NCBI RefSeq assembly: GCF_000143415.4
Contig: NW_003314303.1
Coordinates: forward strand, 209,589-273,588
Direction: 5' to 3'
Source: Selaginella moellendorffii
Taxonomy: Eukaryota > Plantae > Lycopodiophyta
DNA: 64,000 nucleotides
The notes beneath the pieces were generated by a model that ran no database searches, was not told the origin of the DNA, and saw nothing but the letters and a program-made list of their open reading frames with translations. Every line of letters starts with the position of its first letter. Within the stretch, counting starts at the first letter, position 1. Shown here piece after piece: positions 1 to 11,883 of the stretch. The translations under genes were made by a program, and so were the position numbers.

Positions 1-1639
1 CGTCGTCGGCGGCGGAGGTCTTTGATCCGTCTGGATTGCCGCCAGAGTCTTCTCTAGCTTCCCCGTCTTCGATCCGATGGGCACAGCTTGCGTTGCAAGG
101 TCCCCGGGCGGAGATGGAGGACGACATGGAGCTGGAGGAGGGGAGAATTCCAGAATTTACGTTTGCTGCGGTCTATGATGGTCATGCCGGTATATCATCA
201 GTGAACTATCTCAAGTAAGCACTCTACAATTCGATTTTGATCTTTCTAGCGATGGTTCTTCAGGAAAGAGCTATTCAGTGAATGCGTGAATGCATTGCAA
301 GGAGGAGCTCTTCTACAATCTGATAACTCGATCGATTTGGAAGCGGCACTCTCGCAAGCTTTCGTCCAAGTTGACAAACGCTTGCTCTCGTGGTTCGTCT
401 AGCTCGATCCATTCATCTCCACTCGTGATCAATGCGAGGTTTTGCTTTGCAGCAGGCTGGAGCAACAAGAGGAGTCTGATCGAGAATCTGGCTCCACTGC
501 AACTGTCATGTTTCTGGGTAAAGAGAAGGTGGTGGTAGCTCACGTCGGCGACTCACGAGTGGTACTGTCATCGTCTTGCAATGCTTTTGGAGGATTTAAC
601 TAGTCTCCACTAGATTATCAGGTAATTTCTCGAGGAGGAAAAGCCGAGGAGTTGACGAGTGATCACAGGCCATATGGGAGCAGCAAGACAGCTCTAGCCG
701 AGGGTAAGCGAGTCATTGCTGCTGGAGGCTGGGTATGTTTCTCTTGATGTTTAGTTTTTGGTACTGAGAACACTCGTGTTTTGTGTTTGACTAGATAAGC
801 AATGGCCGAGTATGTGGTAATTTGGCTGTGTCTCGTGCATTTGGAGATATATCCTTGAAGTCCCGTAGAAAAGAGTAAGAAATCGTTCGCCAGTGAAGGA
901 TTCTTTTGACGAAGGGATCTGTCAGAATGCTAGAGGAGGGGCTCAAGAAAAACTTGTGGACGCAGAAGTTTGTGTCGAAGTAAGTGATAACTTTCCTTTG
1001 TCATTGTTTTCACCAGTATTTCCTAGACTTCACTCTAGAGTGTTTCAGGCGGGATCTCACAGGAGAATGGCTGACTGCGGCACCGGATGTTACTGCTGCA
1101 ACTCTTGGTCAGGACGCCGAGTTCATCATTCTTGCTTCAGACGGCTTGTGGGATTCCATCAAAAGGTGAATTCCAGAGCTCATGCAGGACTCACAAGCAA
1201 CTTTTATGGTTTTCCCAGTAAGGACGCTGTAGCATTTGTGAGAGAGCAACTGAAAGAGCACGGAGATATCCAGGTAATAATGTTTCCATTTCCATCTCTC
1301 CATAACGACTAGCTTTTCGTATCTCCCAGCGCGCTTGTGAGAGCCTTGCGGCCGCTGCTCTGGTAACTTCTATCCATCTTACTTTCTTAAAATCTCATCC
1401 ACTTTACAGGCCCAAAATGGCCAAGACAACATCAGTATTCTCATTGCCGATTTCGGGTGAGTGAATTTGGTACCTCTACATTCTCACAGACGCAAGATCA
1501 AATCAACAGAAAGGTAGCACGCGTGGATGGACTTGCGCAGCACCAAGACGTCTCAGCTGGGGTAAAGCAGGTGCTAGTAACGTCTGGCATTCTACTGCTA
1601 GGAGTTTATGCTTCTCATCTAGCAAGCTTGATCAGATAA
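1..1639 (+). CDS. PPH1: Protein phosphatase 2C, PPH1/TAP38-like (LHCII phosphatase); 5' end outside window; about 10 exons with ~45-65 nt introns
   Basis: Spliced translation gives QGPRAEMED, AAVYDGHAG, ESGSTAT, AHVGDSR, DHRPYGSS, LAVSRAFGD, FIILASDGLWD, QDNISILIADFG and a C-terminal hydrophobic anchor (VLVTSGILLLGVYASHL), collinear with TAP38/PPH1 as I recall it; GT-AG introns. Confidence 0.88.
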
Positions 1640-1749
1640 GTTCCACTCTTTACATTCATAGTTGATCAGCTTTCATCTAAAATTTGCAAAACTTTGGCGA
1701 TCGAACAAGAATCTGCTCAACAATCTTCCCAAGTTTTTGTAACCATATG

Positions 1750-3461
1750 TTAAGAACCGATAATGCTGGTAAGCTCATTTTCTGCTTCTGGCTCATGCTC
1801 TTCCTTGTCCTCTTGCAGCTCCTCGTTTACAAAATAGCCATTGCTCGACTTCTCGTACGTCACCTTGCTCAAGCCAGTGCTCATCTCGGTTTGAGCTTGG
1901 AACGAATTCACCACCCTGTCCCGGTCCTTGGGATACGACCAGTAGAGGAAGGTGTATGTCAAGCAACAAGTCGCCATGGGTATGGCATAGGCAGTGTAGA
2001 GGGCCTTTCCCAGAGACACGGCATCGCCACTGTTAGCCTCCACTGGATTCTTGGACGTAGGTGGCGGCGGCACGTATCCATACAAGTGCTCCGCGAGCAA
2101 GCCCACGATGGGAGGAGCAAACGAAGCGAGAACCGACTCGAAGGACCGATCCAATGCGTAGATCGTTGTCCGGGACTTCTCGGGGACGATCTCCGCAAAG
2201 ATTGGACTGTTTGATCCTCGACAGAGTTAGCAGATGGAAGATCTTTGAAGAGCAAAACTGTGGAAGAGCTTTCAAGAGCAGGGGACTTACTTGTTGGTGG
2301 CTGGAGCATTCCACGACGTGCAAAATCCTAGCACGGCGAAGATGAGAGCGTGGAGCAGCAGCGAATTAGATCTCGGTGGCAAGCCGAGGAGTAGAATCGC
2401 CGTAAGTGGCACTCCAGAGCCGGAGCTAAACTGAGCGAGGATGATTCTCCCAGAGTCCGGGAGATGTTTAGAGATGGTGTCTCCCAAAGTTCCAGCGAAG
2501 AGGCCTCCCAGAGATCCGCAAGCCGTGAACAGGCCGAGAAGAAACGCTGTGTGCGTGTGGCTGAATCCTTTGAGCTCCAGCCAAAGTGGAGCAAACGCTA
2601 GCGATGCCCAAGGGAAGGTGCCAACAACACCCTGCGCTACCAAGAACTGGAAAGTTTTTACGTTGATCACCATCTTTCCTTCTTGAAGCGCTTCTTTGAG
2701 GCCACTCCACACTCCGGCAAATCCCCGCTCCCTCTTCCTGGACAACAAAGATCTCCAAAACTTTAGCGACCGACAAAGTCACGAGCTTACGCTTTGGCGG
2801 CAGGATCCACCGCGAAGATCAAGAGCAAGATCCCGAGAACCACGCTGATGGCCGTCACCAGCAAGAACGAGAGCCTCCATCCCGAGATCCCGAGGAAGCT
2901 CGTCCCCGCCAAGATGATCGACAAGAACCCACCAAGTATCGTCCCCACGCTGCCCGTGAGCTGCAGCCATCCAAACGCCTGGCCGCGCTTGGATTCGTCG
3001 CAAGCATCAGCTACGAGCGACTGGATCGCGGGGACGACCAGCGCCAGCCCGACTCCATTCAGAGCTCTCCACACTGCGATCTGCGCGAGATATCCAAGAC
3101 CCACTAAGCGAAGCGATCGAGATCTAGAGCTAAGTACGATGGATCTACGACTTACTTGCGTGAAGGTTTGAGAGATCCCCACGAAGAACGTGGCAATTGA
3201 CCACAGGAAAGCGCCGATGGCGATCACTTTGGAGCGATCGTAGTGGAGGCTGAAGTAAGCGGCGAAAGGGAAGCACAGCGCTTGGGTGATCGATCGGAGG
3301 AGCGTGAGCGACCCAAGTGCCGCTAGGCCCGTGTGGAGGCTCTCGCCTATCTCTTTGTACACACCTGGGAGGAGCGCCTCGTCCGCTTGCTCCATGACAC
3401 TGGCGAGATTCACCAGGACGAGCGTTCGCACCCGCTCGTCGCTCCATGGCTTAGCCCTCAT
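1750..3461 (-). CDS. Major facilitator superfamily transporter (Spinster-like plant MFS1), about 4 exons
   Basis: ORF pieces LVLVNLASVMEQADEALLPGVY, RALNGVGLALVVPAIQSLVAD, GVVGTFPW, WNAPATN, ALDRSFES; many hydrophobic helices; first ATG at 3461. Confidence 0.85.
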
Positions 3462-3969
3462 TCCTCCTCCTCTCGCGGCCACTCCAAGGGAATTAGTTCA
3501 AAAGTTTAACAGCTGTGCTTGACTAGAGTTGACTAGTTAACATGACAACGCATATTCCAAGAGATTTTTATCGTGCAATTCTGTGGTGATCACGAGAGGA
3601 TCTGAGGAGTCGAATCATCGTGATTTCTTATTAAGTGTTTGATATAGTTCGGAAACCTGGAGCTGAACAGATCGAATCTCCTTAGAAGAAAAGTCACCGG
3701 CTAAAAGGAGCCCTAAAACCTGCTTGCTAATGGTGAAATATAATAAATCAAAATCAAGGTAAATAAGGAAACTAAGAATATATGGCTTAAGCCATATACA
3801 TTTTTTAGGGTCTTGCAGCACACAATGCAATGGATAAACTTAGGTTTGGTATTTTTAAGCCCACTTTAGGTGACAAAGCATATTCTATTAAACCGGTCTA
3901 AGGGGAAAGAAAGTAGTCCTACTCAGCTAAAGTCAATCCTAGTCAACTCCAAGTTGGCAGTGATGTGGA

Positions 3970-4040
3970 CCAATCCATTACCGATAAGGCCACTTCAGAT
4001 AGGGTAACGAGGCCCGGGCCAACCATGTCGTGCCACGTCT
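3970..4040 (+). promoter_or_regulatory. Candidate light-responsive promoter of PsaE (CCAAT, I-box, G-box-like)
   Basis: CCAAT 3970-3974, GATAAGG 3983-3989 and TGCCACGTC 4031-4039, lying 125-195 bp upstream of the PsaE ATG. Confidence 0.45.
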
Positions 4041-4164
4041 TCAGCTAGCGAGCAAAACCCCCTTCTTTCGTTTCGACCTAGTGTTCTTCGCAGACACACG
4101 TTCCCAGCACACGCTCGCGCTTTCTCTCACACGAGAGAGAAGATCAAAGCAAAGAAAGGAAGGA

Positions 4165-4752
4165 ATGGCGTCGGCGGCGGCTTCCGGGTGTGTGGGATTA
4201 GTGTCTGGAACAGCAACGACGAGCGCATCGTCGTCCAAATTCTTTGCCGGCCAATGCCGGGTCTCTCCAGCCGCGTCGTGGAATCGGAGAGTCCCCTCCT
4301 CCGCCGGATTGGTGGTGAGAGCTTGCGAGACCGCCGCCGCTCCACCAGCCACCGAGAAGAAGCCAGAGCCGGTTGGGCCTAAGCGTGGATCAATTGTAAG
4401 TGGATCCTTCTTCCAATTCTCGCTCGATTTGATCTTGGGTCTTGTTCTTCTTCCATCTTCTCATCGCGCACATTGCTAAATCCTTGGATGGATGCAGGTG
4501 AAGATCTTGCGGCCAGAGTCGTATTGGTTCCAGACCACGGGCAAGGTCGTGACAGTGGATCAGGTAAGCATTTCTACTACTTTTCGTTTCTCTTTCGATC
4601 GACTCGATCGATTGCCTGGATTTTCCTGATGGGTTCCTTGCAATCGCCAGACCCCCGGCGTGCTCTACCCCGTTGTTGTTCGATTCGAGAAGGTGAATTA
4701 CGCTGGAAACTCCACAAACAACTACGCGCTGGACGAGGTCCAAGAAGTTTAA
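4165..4752 (+). CDS. PSAE: Photosystem I subunit IV (PsaE) with chloroplast transit peptide, 3 exons
   Basis: Ser/Ala-rich transit peptide, then GPKRGSI|[22 protein letters not shown]|[33 protein letters not shown]. Confidence 0.95.
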
Positions 4753-4873
4753 AAAGAAGCGCTCTCGTGTAAACCACATATATCTCTCGCCTTTATCTGT
4801 GAAAGAAAAAAAAGAGAAAAGATCCTTACAAGAACTGTACTTAAGGTCTAAAACGGGTAATTTTATAAGATGG

Positions 4874-4946
4874 GCTCCCGTGGCCTAATGGATAAGGCAT
4901 TTGACTTCTAATCAAGGGATTGTGGGTTCGAGTCCCACCGGGAGTG
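4874..4946 (+). tRNA. tRNA-Arg, anticodon UCU
   Basis: Acceptor stem GCTCCCG/CGGGAGT, D arm with TGGCCTAATGGATAAGGC, anticodon arm TTTGA-CTTCTAA-TCAAG, T arm GTGGG-TTCGAGT-CCCAC. Confidence 0.95.
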
Positions 4947-4952
4947 TAACAC

Positions 4953-4959
4953 TTTTTTT
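4953..4959 (+). terminator. Pol III terminator (T run) after tRNA-Arg
   Basis: TTTTTTT begins 7 nt after the discriminator base. Confidence 0.75.
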
Positions 4960-5020
4960 CAAAGCGCACAAATTCGAATATACTTTTAGAACACTTTTGT
5001 TTTTATTTTCTTCTTTAAAG

Positions 5021-7045
5021 CTCCCTGAATATGCGAAGCTGGCATCTGTTCGAGAGTCTATTGATCTCATTCGATCCTGCAAATCCCTCTCTCACGCCCA
5101 GCGCGTCCACAGCTACATTCTTGAAAGCAATGGCACCCAAAATTCCACCTTTGTCTCTAACTTGCTCATCCAGATGTACGGCAAGTGTGGTGCCGTGCAG
5201 TCGGCACGGATCGTCTTTGATAGCATCGCCCACAAGGATGTTTTTTCCTGGAATCTTATGCTCGGCGCATATACCCGGAATGGGGATCTGGACGCCGCAA
5301 AAGTGCTCTTTGACAACATGCCCGACAAAGATCATGTCTCCTCAAACACACTTATAGCGGCATTCTCCAAGTCCGGCAAGGTAGATCACGCGGCAGATTT
5401 GTTCGCGGCAATGCCCGATAAGAATGTCGTGTCTTGGAATTCGATACTGGCAGCATATGCCCAGAATGGGAATCTTGCGGCCGCCAAAAAAACGTTTGAC
5501 TCCATGCCCGAAAAGGATCTTGTTTCCTGGAACACAATCGTGGCGGCGAGTGCTCAAGCCGGGAATCTAGAACTTGCAAAGGATTTCTTTGATCGGATGC
5601 CCCAGCATGATCTAGTCAGCTTCAATGCCATGCTCGATGCATTTGCCCGAAACGGGCATCTGGCAGACGCTTACGCCCTTTTCCACGGGGAAATGCTCTC
5701 CCGCGAGAGGAATATCATCTCCTGGAACGCGATGCTGGCTGCAATGGACACTCTGGAGCGCGCAAAGGCGCTGTTCGATCGAATGCCTGCGCACGATTGC
5801 TTCTCCTGGAACTCGCTCCTTTCAGTGTATGGATCTTTGCGGCTTGTGGATGCTGCCATGGAAATCTTCGAGCTCTTGATGCCAGAGTGGAATCTCGTAT
5901 CATGGAATTCTCTCTTATCAGCAATGGCAGATCGTCGAGAAGATCGTCTGGTTGCAAGCATCTTTGCGTCAATGCCCGAGAGGAACCTCATTTCCTGGAC
6001 TGTGATGCTGGGATCTTGCTCGGATCTTCCACAGGCGAAAGAAATTTTTGATGCGATGCCCGAGAGGAATCAAGTGTCCTGGAACACGATGCTCGAGGCA
6101 TATGCCCAAAGAGGGAATCTGGAAGATGCCGAGAATCTCCTCTGTACGATCCCCGACACAGACGAGGTAACGTGGAGCATCATGTTGATGGCATATTCCG
6201 ACCACGGCAAGCTCAACGAGGCCCTGACCGTGTTTGACCGAACCCCTCATTATGACGTTGTCCTGTTGACCACCCTGGTGTCGGCATATGCCCGGCATGG
6301 GCATGTCCGCGAGTCGGAGATTCTGTTTGACTCGATGCCGGGGTGGACTCTCATCTCGTGGAACGCAATGCTTGCCGCGTATCTCCACAACAGAGAGTTT
6401 GATCTCGTCGACTGGACCTTCTCGTCAATGCCGGTCACAGACGCTGCGTCGTGGTCAGCGCTCCTGGCCGCAGTTGCCGCGAGAGGGCAATTCGAGAGAG
6501 CCGAGTGTTTGCTCGAGACAATGCCCGAGAGGGGCATTGCCGCTTGGAACACAGTTCTAGCGATGAACTCGATCAATCGGCGAGGATCCCAAGCGGCGGA
6601 TATCTTCGCAAGGATGAAGCTGGAAGAGAATTATGGCATGAATGAGGTGACTCTCAATTGCGTGCTGCTGGGGTGTACTCACGCGGGCGATCTGGCTTCC
6701 GGGAGGAGGTACTTTCGATCAGCAGCGCTGGATCACGAAATCCCAGCCACCAAGCAACACTACTGCTGCTTGATCGATCTTCTCAGCCGAGCTGGGTATC
6801 TAATCGATGCCGAGGAGCTCTTGACTACCATGCCCTTTGTTCCAGAGGCCCAGGACTGGCTTTGCCTGCTCGGGGCTTGCCGGAGCCACAGAGAAATTGG
6901 AGTGGGATCTCGCGCAGCGCAGGAAGTGCTTGGATTCTCCATGGCGATGTTAAAAGCTGGGCCTTACATCCTCCTCTCCAACATGTATGCTCTTGGCGAG
7001 CGCTTGGGTCTCCCATCAAAGCTCTTCCTTCTTCCAAGATTATAG
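5021..7045 (+). CDS. PLS-class PPR protein with tandem ~31-aa motifs and E domain, no DYW; start codon uncertain
   Basis: Intronless ORF with repeated VSWNxMLxAYAxxGxLxxAxxxFDxMP; ends QHYCCLIDLLSRAG..WLCLLGAC..PYILLSNMY; first in-frame ATG is only at 5174, inside the first motif. Confidence 0.88.
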   Translation, partial: LPEYAKLASVRESIDLIRSCKSLSHAQRVHSYILESNGTQNSTFVSNLLIQMYGKCGAVQSARIVFDSIAHKDVFSWNLMLGAYTRNGDLDAAKVLFDNMPDKDHVSSNTLIAAFSKSGKVDHAADLFAAMPDKNVVSWNSILAAYAQNGNLAAAKKTFDSMPEKDLVSWNTIVAASAQAGNLELAKDFFDRMPQHDLVSFNAMLDAFARNGHLADAYALFHGEMLSRERNIISWNAMLAAMDTLERAKALFDRMPAHDCFSWNSLLSVYGSLRLVDAAMEIFELLMPEWNLVSWNSLLSAMADRREDRLVASIFASMPERNLISWTVMLGSCSDLPQAKEIFDAMPERNQVSWNTMLEAYAQRGNLEDAENLLCTIPDTDEVTWSIMLMAYSDHGKLNEALTVFDRTPHYDVVLLTTLVSAYARHGHVRESEILFDSMPGWTLISWNAMLAAYLHNREFDLVDWTFSSMPVTDAASWSALLAAVAARGQFERAECLLETMPERGIAAWNTVLAMNSINRRGSQAADIFARMKLEENYGMNEVTLNCVLLGCTHAGDLASGRRYFRSAALDHEIPATKQHYCCLIDLLSRAGYLIDAEELLTTMPFVPEAQDWLCLLGACRSHREIGVGSRAAQEVLGFSMAMLKAGPYILLSNMYALGERLGLPSKLFLLPRL

Positions 7046-7069
7046 ATCTAGAGCCCTAAATATTTGAAC

Positions 7070-7088
7070 TTTCCCGCCATTTCGCGCC
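7070..7088 (+). promoter_or_regulatory. Two tandem E2F sites upstream of CTF4/AND-1
   Basis: TTTCCCGCC (7070-7078) and TTTCGCGCC (7080-7088) match the TTTSSCGS consensus, 28-46 bp before the ATG of a replication gene. Confidence 0.75.
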
Positions 7089-7115
7089 AAGGGTTTAGGG
7101 CATTTCTCATCCGGG

Positions 7116-10100
7116 ATGGGGGCAAAATCCAGGCTCCAGCAGCGGGACGCGCACGCCAAGGGTCGATCGATCATCGCTTGGGACAAGACAGGCAAGAATC
7201 TCGTCACTGCTGGTGTCGATGGCAAGGTTTTGATCCACACCTGGGATCCATCGGTGCCCTCGGCCGTGATCGCCACTATCAAGGCACACAACGCGGCGGT
7301 CACTTGTGCAGCGCTCTCGCCGAATGGGACGGTCTTGGCGTCTGGATCGGTCGATCACTCGGTCAAGCTCTTCAGCTATCCAGGTTAGTCGGTGTTTTTT
7401 AAGTAACTTTTATTTGTGAGTGATGGATGATTTCTTTTGTTCTAGATGGGAAGTTTCAAAGCACAGTGACGAGATTTACTCTGCCGATTCGGTGCCTGGG
7501 ATTCAGTGCTACTGGCGGTCTTCTAGCCGCTGCTGGAGACGATGATGGGATCAAGCTTATAGCCATGGCGGACAATTCCATAGCTCGGATCTTGAGGGGT
7601 CATGGTTCTCCAGTTACGTGGGTGGCGTTTGATCCCAAGAACGAGTATCTAGCCTCGGCCGACAGCGACGGGACTGTGATCTTCTGGCTCATCTCTTCCG
7701 GAAAGAGCTTGCACACTCTCACACAGATTGCTCCAAGGATCGACGTCGAGTTCTCCGAGAGTAGCAACTGCGTTGCATGGAGCCCTGATGGAAATCTCCT
7801 CGCGCTTCCGGGTCGCAAGAGCGATGTTCTTCTCTTGGACAGGGACACGGCGGAAGAGATATGTAGCTTCAAGGGTGGTCATACGAGCCCGGTTAGCGCT
7901 TTGGCCTGGTCGCTCAATGGGAAGTACCTTGCTACTGCCGGGAGTGATCTTCAGGTGGTGCTTTGGGACGTAGAGAAGCAGCAAGACATCGACGGGATGC
8001 TGTTTGAGACGCCACTTTGCTCCATCGCTTGGAAGCCAGTCGAGAATGCCTTAGCGGCGATCAACATGGAGGGGAAGTTTTCAGTGTGGGAGTCGGCAGT
8101 GCCTCCACACATGGTTTCCCCGACGATCTGTGTTAAGTCCAGCCTTGTGTCGGCGACAAACTTCGAGCAGCTCCACAAGTTTAGTGACGATGAGGGGTCG
8201 GAAGGCCATGGACAGTCCATAGACTTGGGAAGCCAAGACACTGCTGGTGGTAACGAGGATAATGACGAGAGCAACGGTGAAGAAGAGGAAGAGGAGGAGT
8301 TCGTTAGCTCGAAGAGACGTCGCGGTGGAAACTCTGCGTCTTTGGATGATGTCTACGATAAAAAGCCGGCAAAGAGGCCACAGGTAGAGACTGCGAGAGC
8401 CTCCTTCACGCTTAAAGTTCCGGCAATGCAAGGAGCATTTCACCCGGGATCCACGGACAAGGTTGAAGGGAAAAGATGGTTTCTTGCTTACAATCTCATT
8501 GGTAGCATAAGCAGCTGCGATAAAGACGGTTCTTGTCATGTGGAGGTAACTTAAGCTAGCTACTCGATTCGAAGATACTCACGTTCTTTTGCTGCTTACA
8601 GGTCGAGTTTCATGATATTACTAAAGGAGTTCGCATTCCCGCTATGGCGGATTATTTTGGCTACACAATGGCTTCTTTGGGAGAGAAAGCTTGCGTTCTT
8701 GCGAGTCCGCAAAATGGCGATAAGTGTCCGAGCACTCTGACATACAGGCCTTTCAATAGTTGGGCGAGCAACAGCGAGGTAGTATTCACGGTTGGCACAA
8801 CAGTTTTCTTAATTTTATGCTGCAGTGGTCGATGAGATTTCCTGCAAATGAGGAGGTTAAGGCTGTTGCTGTTGGGAATGGCTGGGCTGCGGCAGCAACA
8901 AGCTCTCACTTCCTTCGTATTTATTCGGAAGGCGGTGTGCAGGTATATTTCTTGGGTTTTTAATACCACTTATAACTTGCAATGTTCTGCAGAGCTTTAT
9001 CCTTTCGCTGTCGGGGCCGGTAGTTTCAATGAACGGATACCAGCATCAACTCGTAGTTGTCACTCACTCTTCGAATCCATTATCCACGGATGATCAGGTG
9101 AGCTTATTATTTTTCCTCTTCGCTGTAAAGGTCATGCAAGTTTCTGTTTGTGTAGGCAATGGAGTTCGTGGTTCTGGATTTGCAACGACGGAGGAAAATC
9201 ATGGATGGCCGTCTTCCACTTAGTCCTGGATCAAGATTAGCCTGGATTGGTTTTAGTGAAGGTGGCTCTCTTGGGTTTTATGATTCTCAGGTAATCGACG
9301 ACGTTTTTTTTCGTCTTGTTGTCTTTAAAAGCTTTAAGCAGGGTGTCCTCCGACGGCATTTTCATGAGTTCGGTGGTTGCTGGGTTCCTATCTTTCGGTA
9401 ATGTACAGTTGATCTAATGAAGTGGCTAATAAGATTTTCAGAGCCGAAAAGGAAAGGAAAAACTCAAGCGAAGTTTTTTGGATGGTTGGATTCGATGAGA
9501 CACAAACTTTTGCAGTAATATGTAAGCTGCCGGAGACACAGCCCCTGGTAAAAATTCTTTGACCGTTTCGATGTTTTGATTTCAAATACTTTTTGCAGGT
9601 CTTTCCGAGGCCTATACTGAGCTTCTTCAAACACAGCTTGCCACTTGTCAATGCTGATCTTGGTGGCGATGATCTCGAAAATGACTACCTTCGCCATTCT
9701 CTACTTTTATCTGAGGTGCATTTGTTTGTCTAAGAAGTTTGTGCGTCCATTTGATGTGCGGGTTGTGTAGGCACGAGCAAAAGCAGATCGAGCTGCTGCT
9801 GAGGGCCTCGACGCCGATCACGAGGATGATAACGTTTTACAGAAGGAAATAGAGCACGACAAATATGTTCTACGTCTCGTGGCAGCCGCATGCAAAGGTA
9901 GAATTTTCTCTTTACGTCAAGTTTCATCTCTGACACCAAGTCACTTAAAGGTGACAAGCTCGTGAGAGCAATGGAACTGGCAGCTTCTCTACGGCTCCGA
10001 AAGTCACTGGAAGGAGCAATCAAAGTTGTCAATGCCATGCGTCTACCGTCTCTCGCAGATCGACTCAATGTCATGCTCGAGGTATGCCAGAAAATTGTCT

Positions 10101-10604
10101 TCAAGAATGGCCTTCTCACTTCTTATCCTTTTTCTGCAGCAACGAAATATGCAAAAGAGTCTGGAAGACGACGTTTCAGAACCTGTGCGTGCACCAGATT
10201 CTTCCATCTGGGAGCGTACTCAAAGAGTGGAGGCTTTGGAGAAAGAGCCTGTTCAAAGAGTAGAAGCGCCCGGACCACCACCATCAGTTCTCCCCGTAGC
10301 GCAGCATCCAAAACCAGTGATCCAGAAAGAATCACCGGCGATCCCGAGGGAGCCGCCTCAGGCTCAGGCTCATCAACAAGACAGAGCAACTCTTTCCAAT
10401 CAACCTGCGAAGGTGTCGCACGATCAGGCGCTAATCTCTGCTCAACGGAAGGCAAGCAATCCTTTTGCAAAATCACCGGCGCCCAATGGTGGAGCCTCCA
10501 CGTCGAAGTCGTCGGTGCTGGACTCTCTCAAGCTGCTCCAGGGCGATAAGAAAAAAAAGGAAACAGATGGCGAGAAGGGAAATAAAAGATCCCGCAAATC
10601 ATGA
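7116..10604 (+). CDS. CTF4: WD40/SepB replisome hub protein CTF4/AND-1/WDHD1 homolog, about 10 exons
   Basis: N-terminal WD40 repeats (TRFTLPIRCLGFS, LAAAGDDDGIKLI), acidic linker, SepB region (MQGAFHPGST..FLAYNLIGSI..VEFHD..YRPFNSWASNSEW), C-terminal ASNPFAK. Confidence 0.9.
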
Positions 10605-11297
10605 ACACGGGCTGGAGAACGCAATCGTGATCCAGTGATCCCGTGGTGTCAACTACGTCCAAGTTCTCAACTTTTCATGGCTACCATCTGCCGCTGTGGA
10701 TACCACTACCAATGACTCGCACTGGAACTCCTCTGCGATCTAAAGTTTAGAGTGCCGGGATCTCCAGTTCTTCTCTCGCTGACCGCGCAGTCCGCCACTG
10801 GTAGGCTAAATTGCTTGGAAACTGCGAAAACAAGAGCACCGAGCTAGCAACATGGAACAGATTTGCCTCAGGAAACTGGACACACTTCCAAAACCCAAAG
10901 TTGTTCTTTCATCGTCAACTTTATTTAAAATCCTTGCATGCAGGCGCCTGTTGCATGCTGGCAACTTGTGATGATTTCACGAATGATCCATGGTTTGTGT
11001 ACGAAACCCAAAGCAACGAATGAACTGAATTCTACAGCCTGCCGCTGGAGAGAACTCCAAACAGGAAGGTTGGACTAACCATTTCATCTAGAATTTTTGT
11101 ACTAGAGAATGGTCTGATCCTTGGTGGATTGCCCCCTTCTTTCTGCTAATATTCTTTGTATTCTGGCAAATCACTTGAGATAATCATACACTTCCCAACG
11201 AAGATAGCAATCATCTTCTGGTGAACATGAACTAGCGCCATAAACAAGAGTTGGAAATTGTTCAATACTCTTTTTTAAGTTTACAAGGCAAGAGTAT

Positions 11298-11497
11298 TTG
11301 AGAGCAAGCAGAATGGCCATGAATTTCTCCAATCCTGACAGTATTATTTCTTGAACTTGTCACTTTTAGCAATTGCATCAAAAGTTCTTGTTAGCTGCTC
11401 TCAAATTTATTGTATCTAAATCTTCCTAATAGTTCTGTGTTTAGACAAACACTTTGTGCATAGAGAGAAATAATAAGAGGAGAAACATAGTATACAT
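11298..11497 (-). pseudogene. Inverted, frameshifted copy of the neighbouring DUF26 gene
   Basis: Minus strand reads MYTMFLLLLFLS..VCLNTELLGRFRYNK..EQLTRTFDAI..RNNTVRIGEIHGHSACSQ, against MYSAIIVFLVLLFLS..VCPDPELIGAVRYNK..AQLTQTFDAI..RNHTARIGEIRGFSSCSQ in the intact gene. Confidence 0.75.
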
Positions 11498-11883
11498 ATC
11501 TGAAGAAGTCTTGATTGCATTGATATTAATAATCCAGATATTTTGCATATTTTTATTCCAATGCTTGAATTGTACTCATAGTTTGCTTTCCATATTCTAT
11601 AGAATAACAATAATAAAGACAACTGAAAGACAAGAGAGACTTGAAGTTTGTATCCGTTCCTTAGCCCATGCCTGTGCAGCATTCACAGCTGTGGGATCTC
11701 ACTGCAAGCAGTCAAGTGTCAGGATCTATGCAGCCCCATGAGAGCCAAGCCAGCTGGAATTGAGGGAGCGAGCGGAGAAACCCTAGCCTCGGCCAGCATA
11801 TAATAACTGTCGCATGCCCCACTTCTCTCAAGTAGATTATTATTATTATTTTAGAAAATAGAAGCAAGCAAAACTTCTCAGCT

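Noticed and set aside
4901-5020. ORF-track N-terminal extension of the PPR starting at TTG inside the tRNA
   Set aside because: It runs through the tRNA and its T-run terminator and shows no protein-like conservation, so it is not accepted as coding
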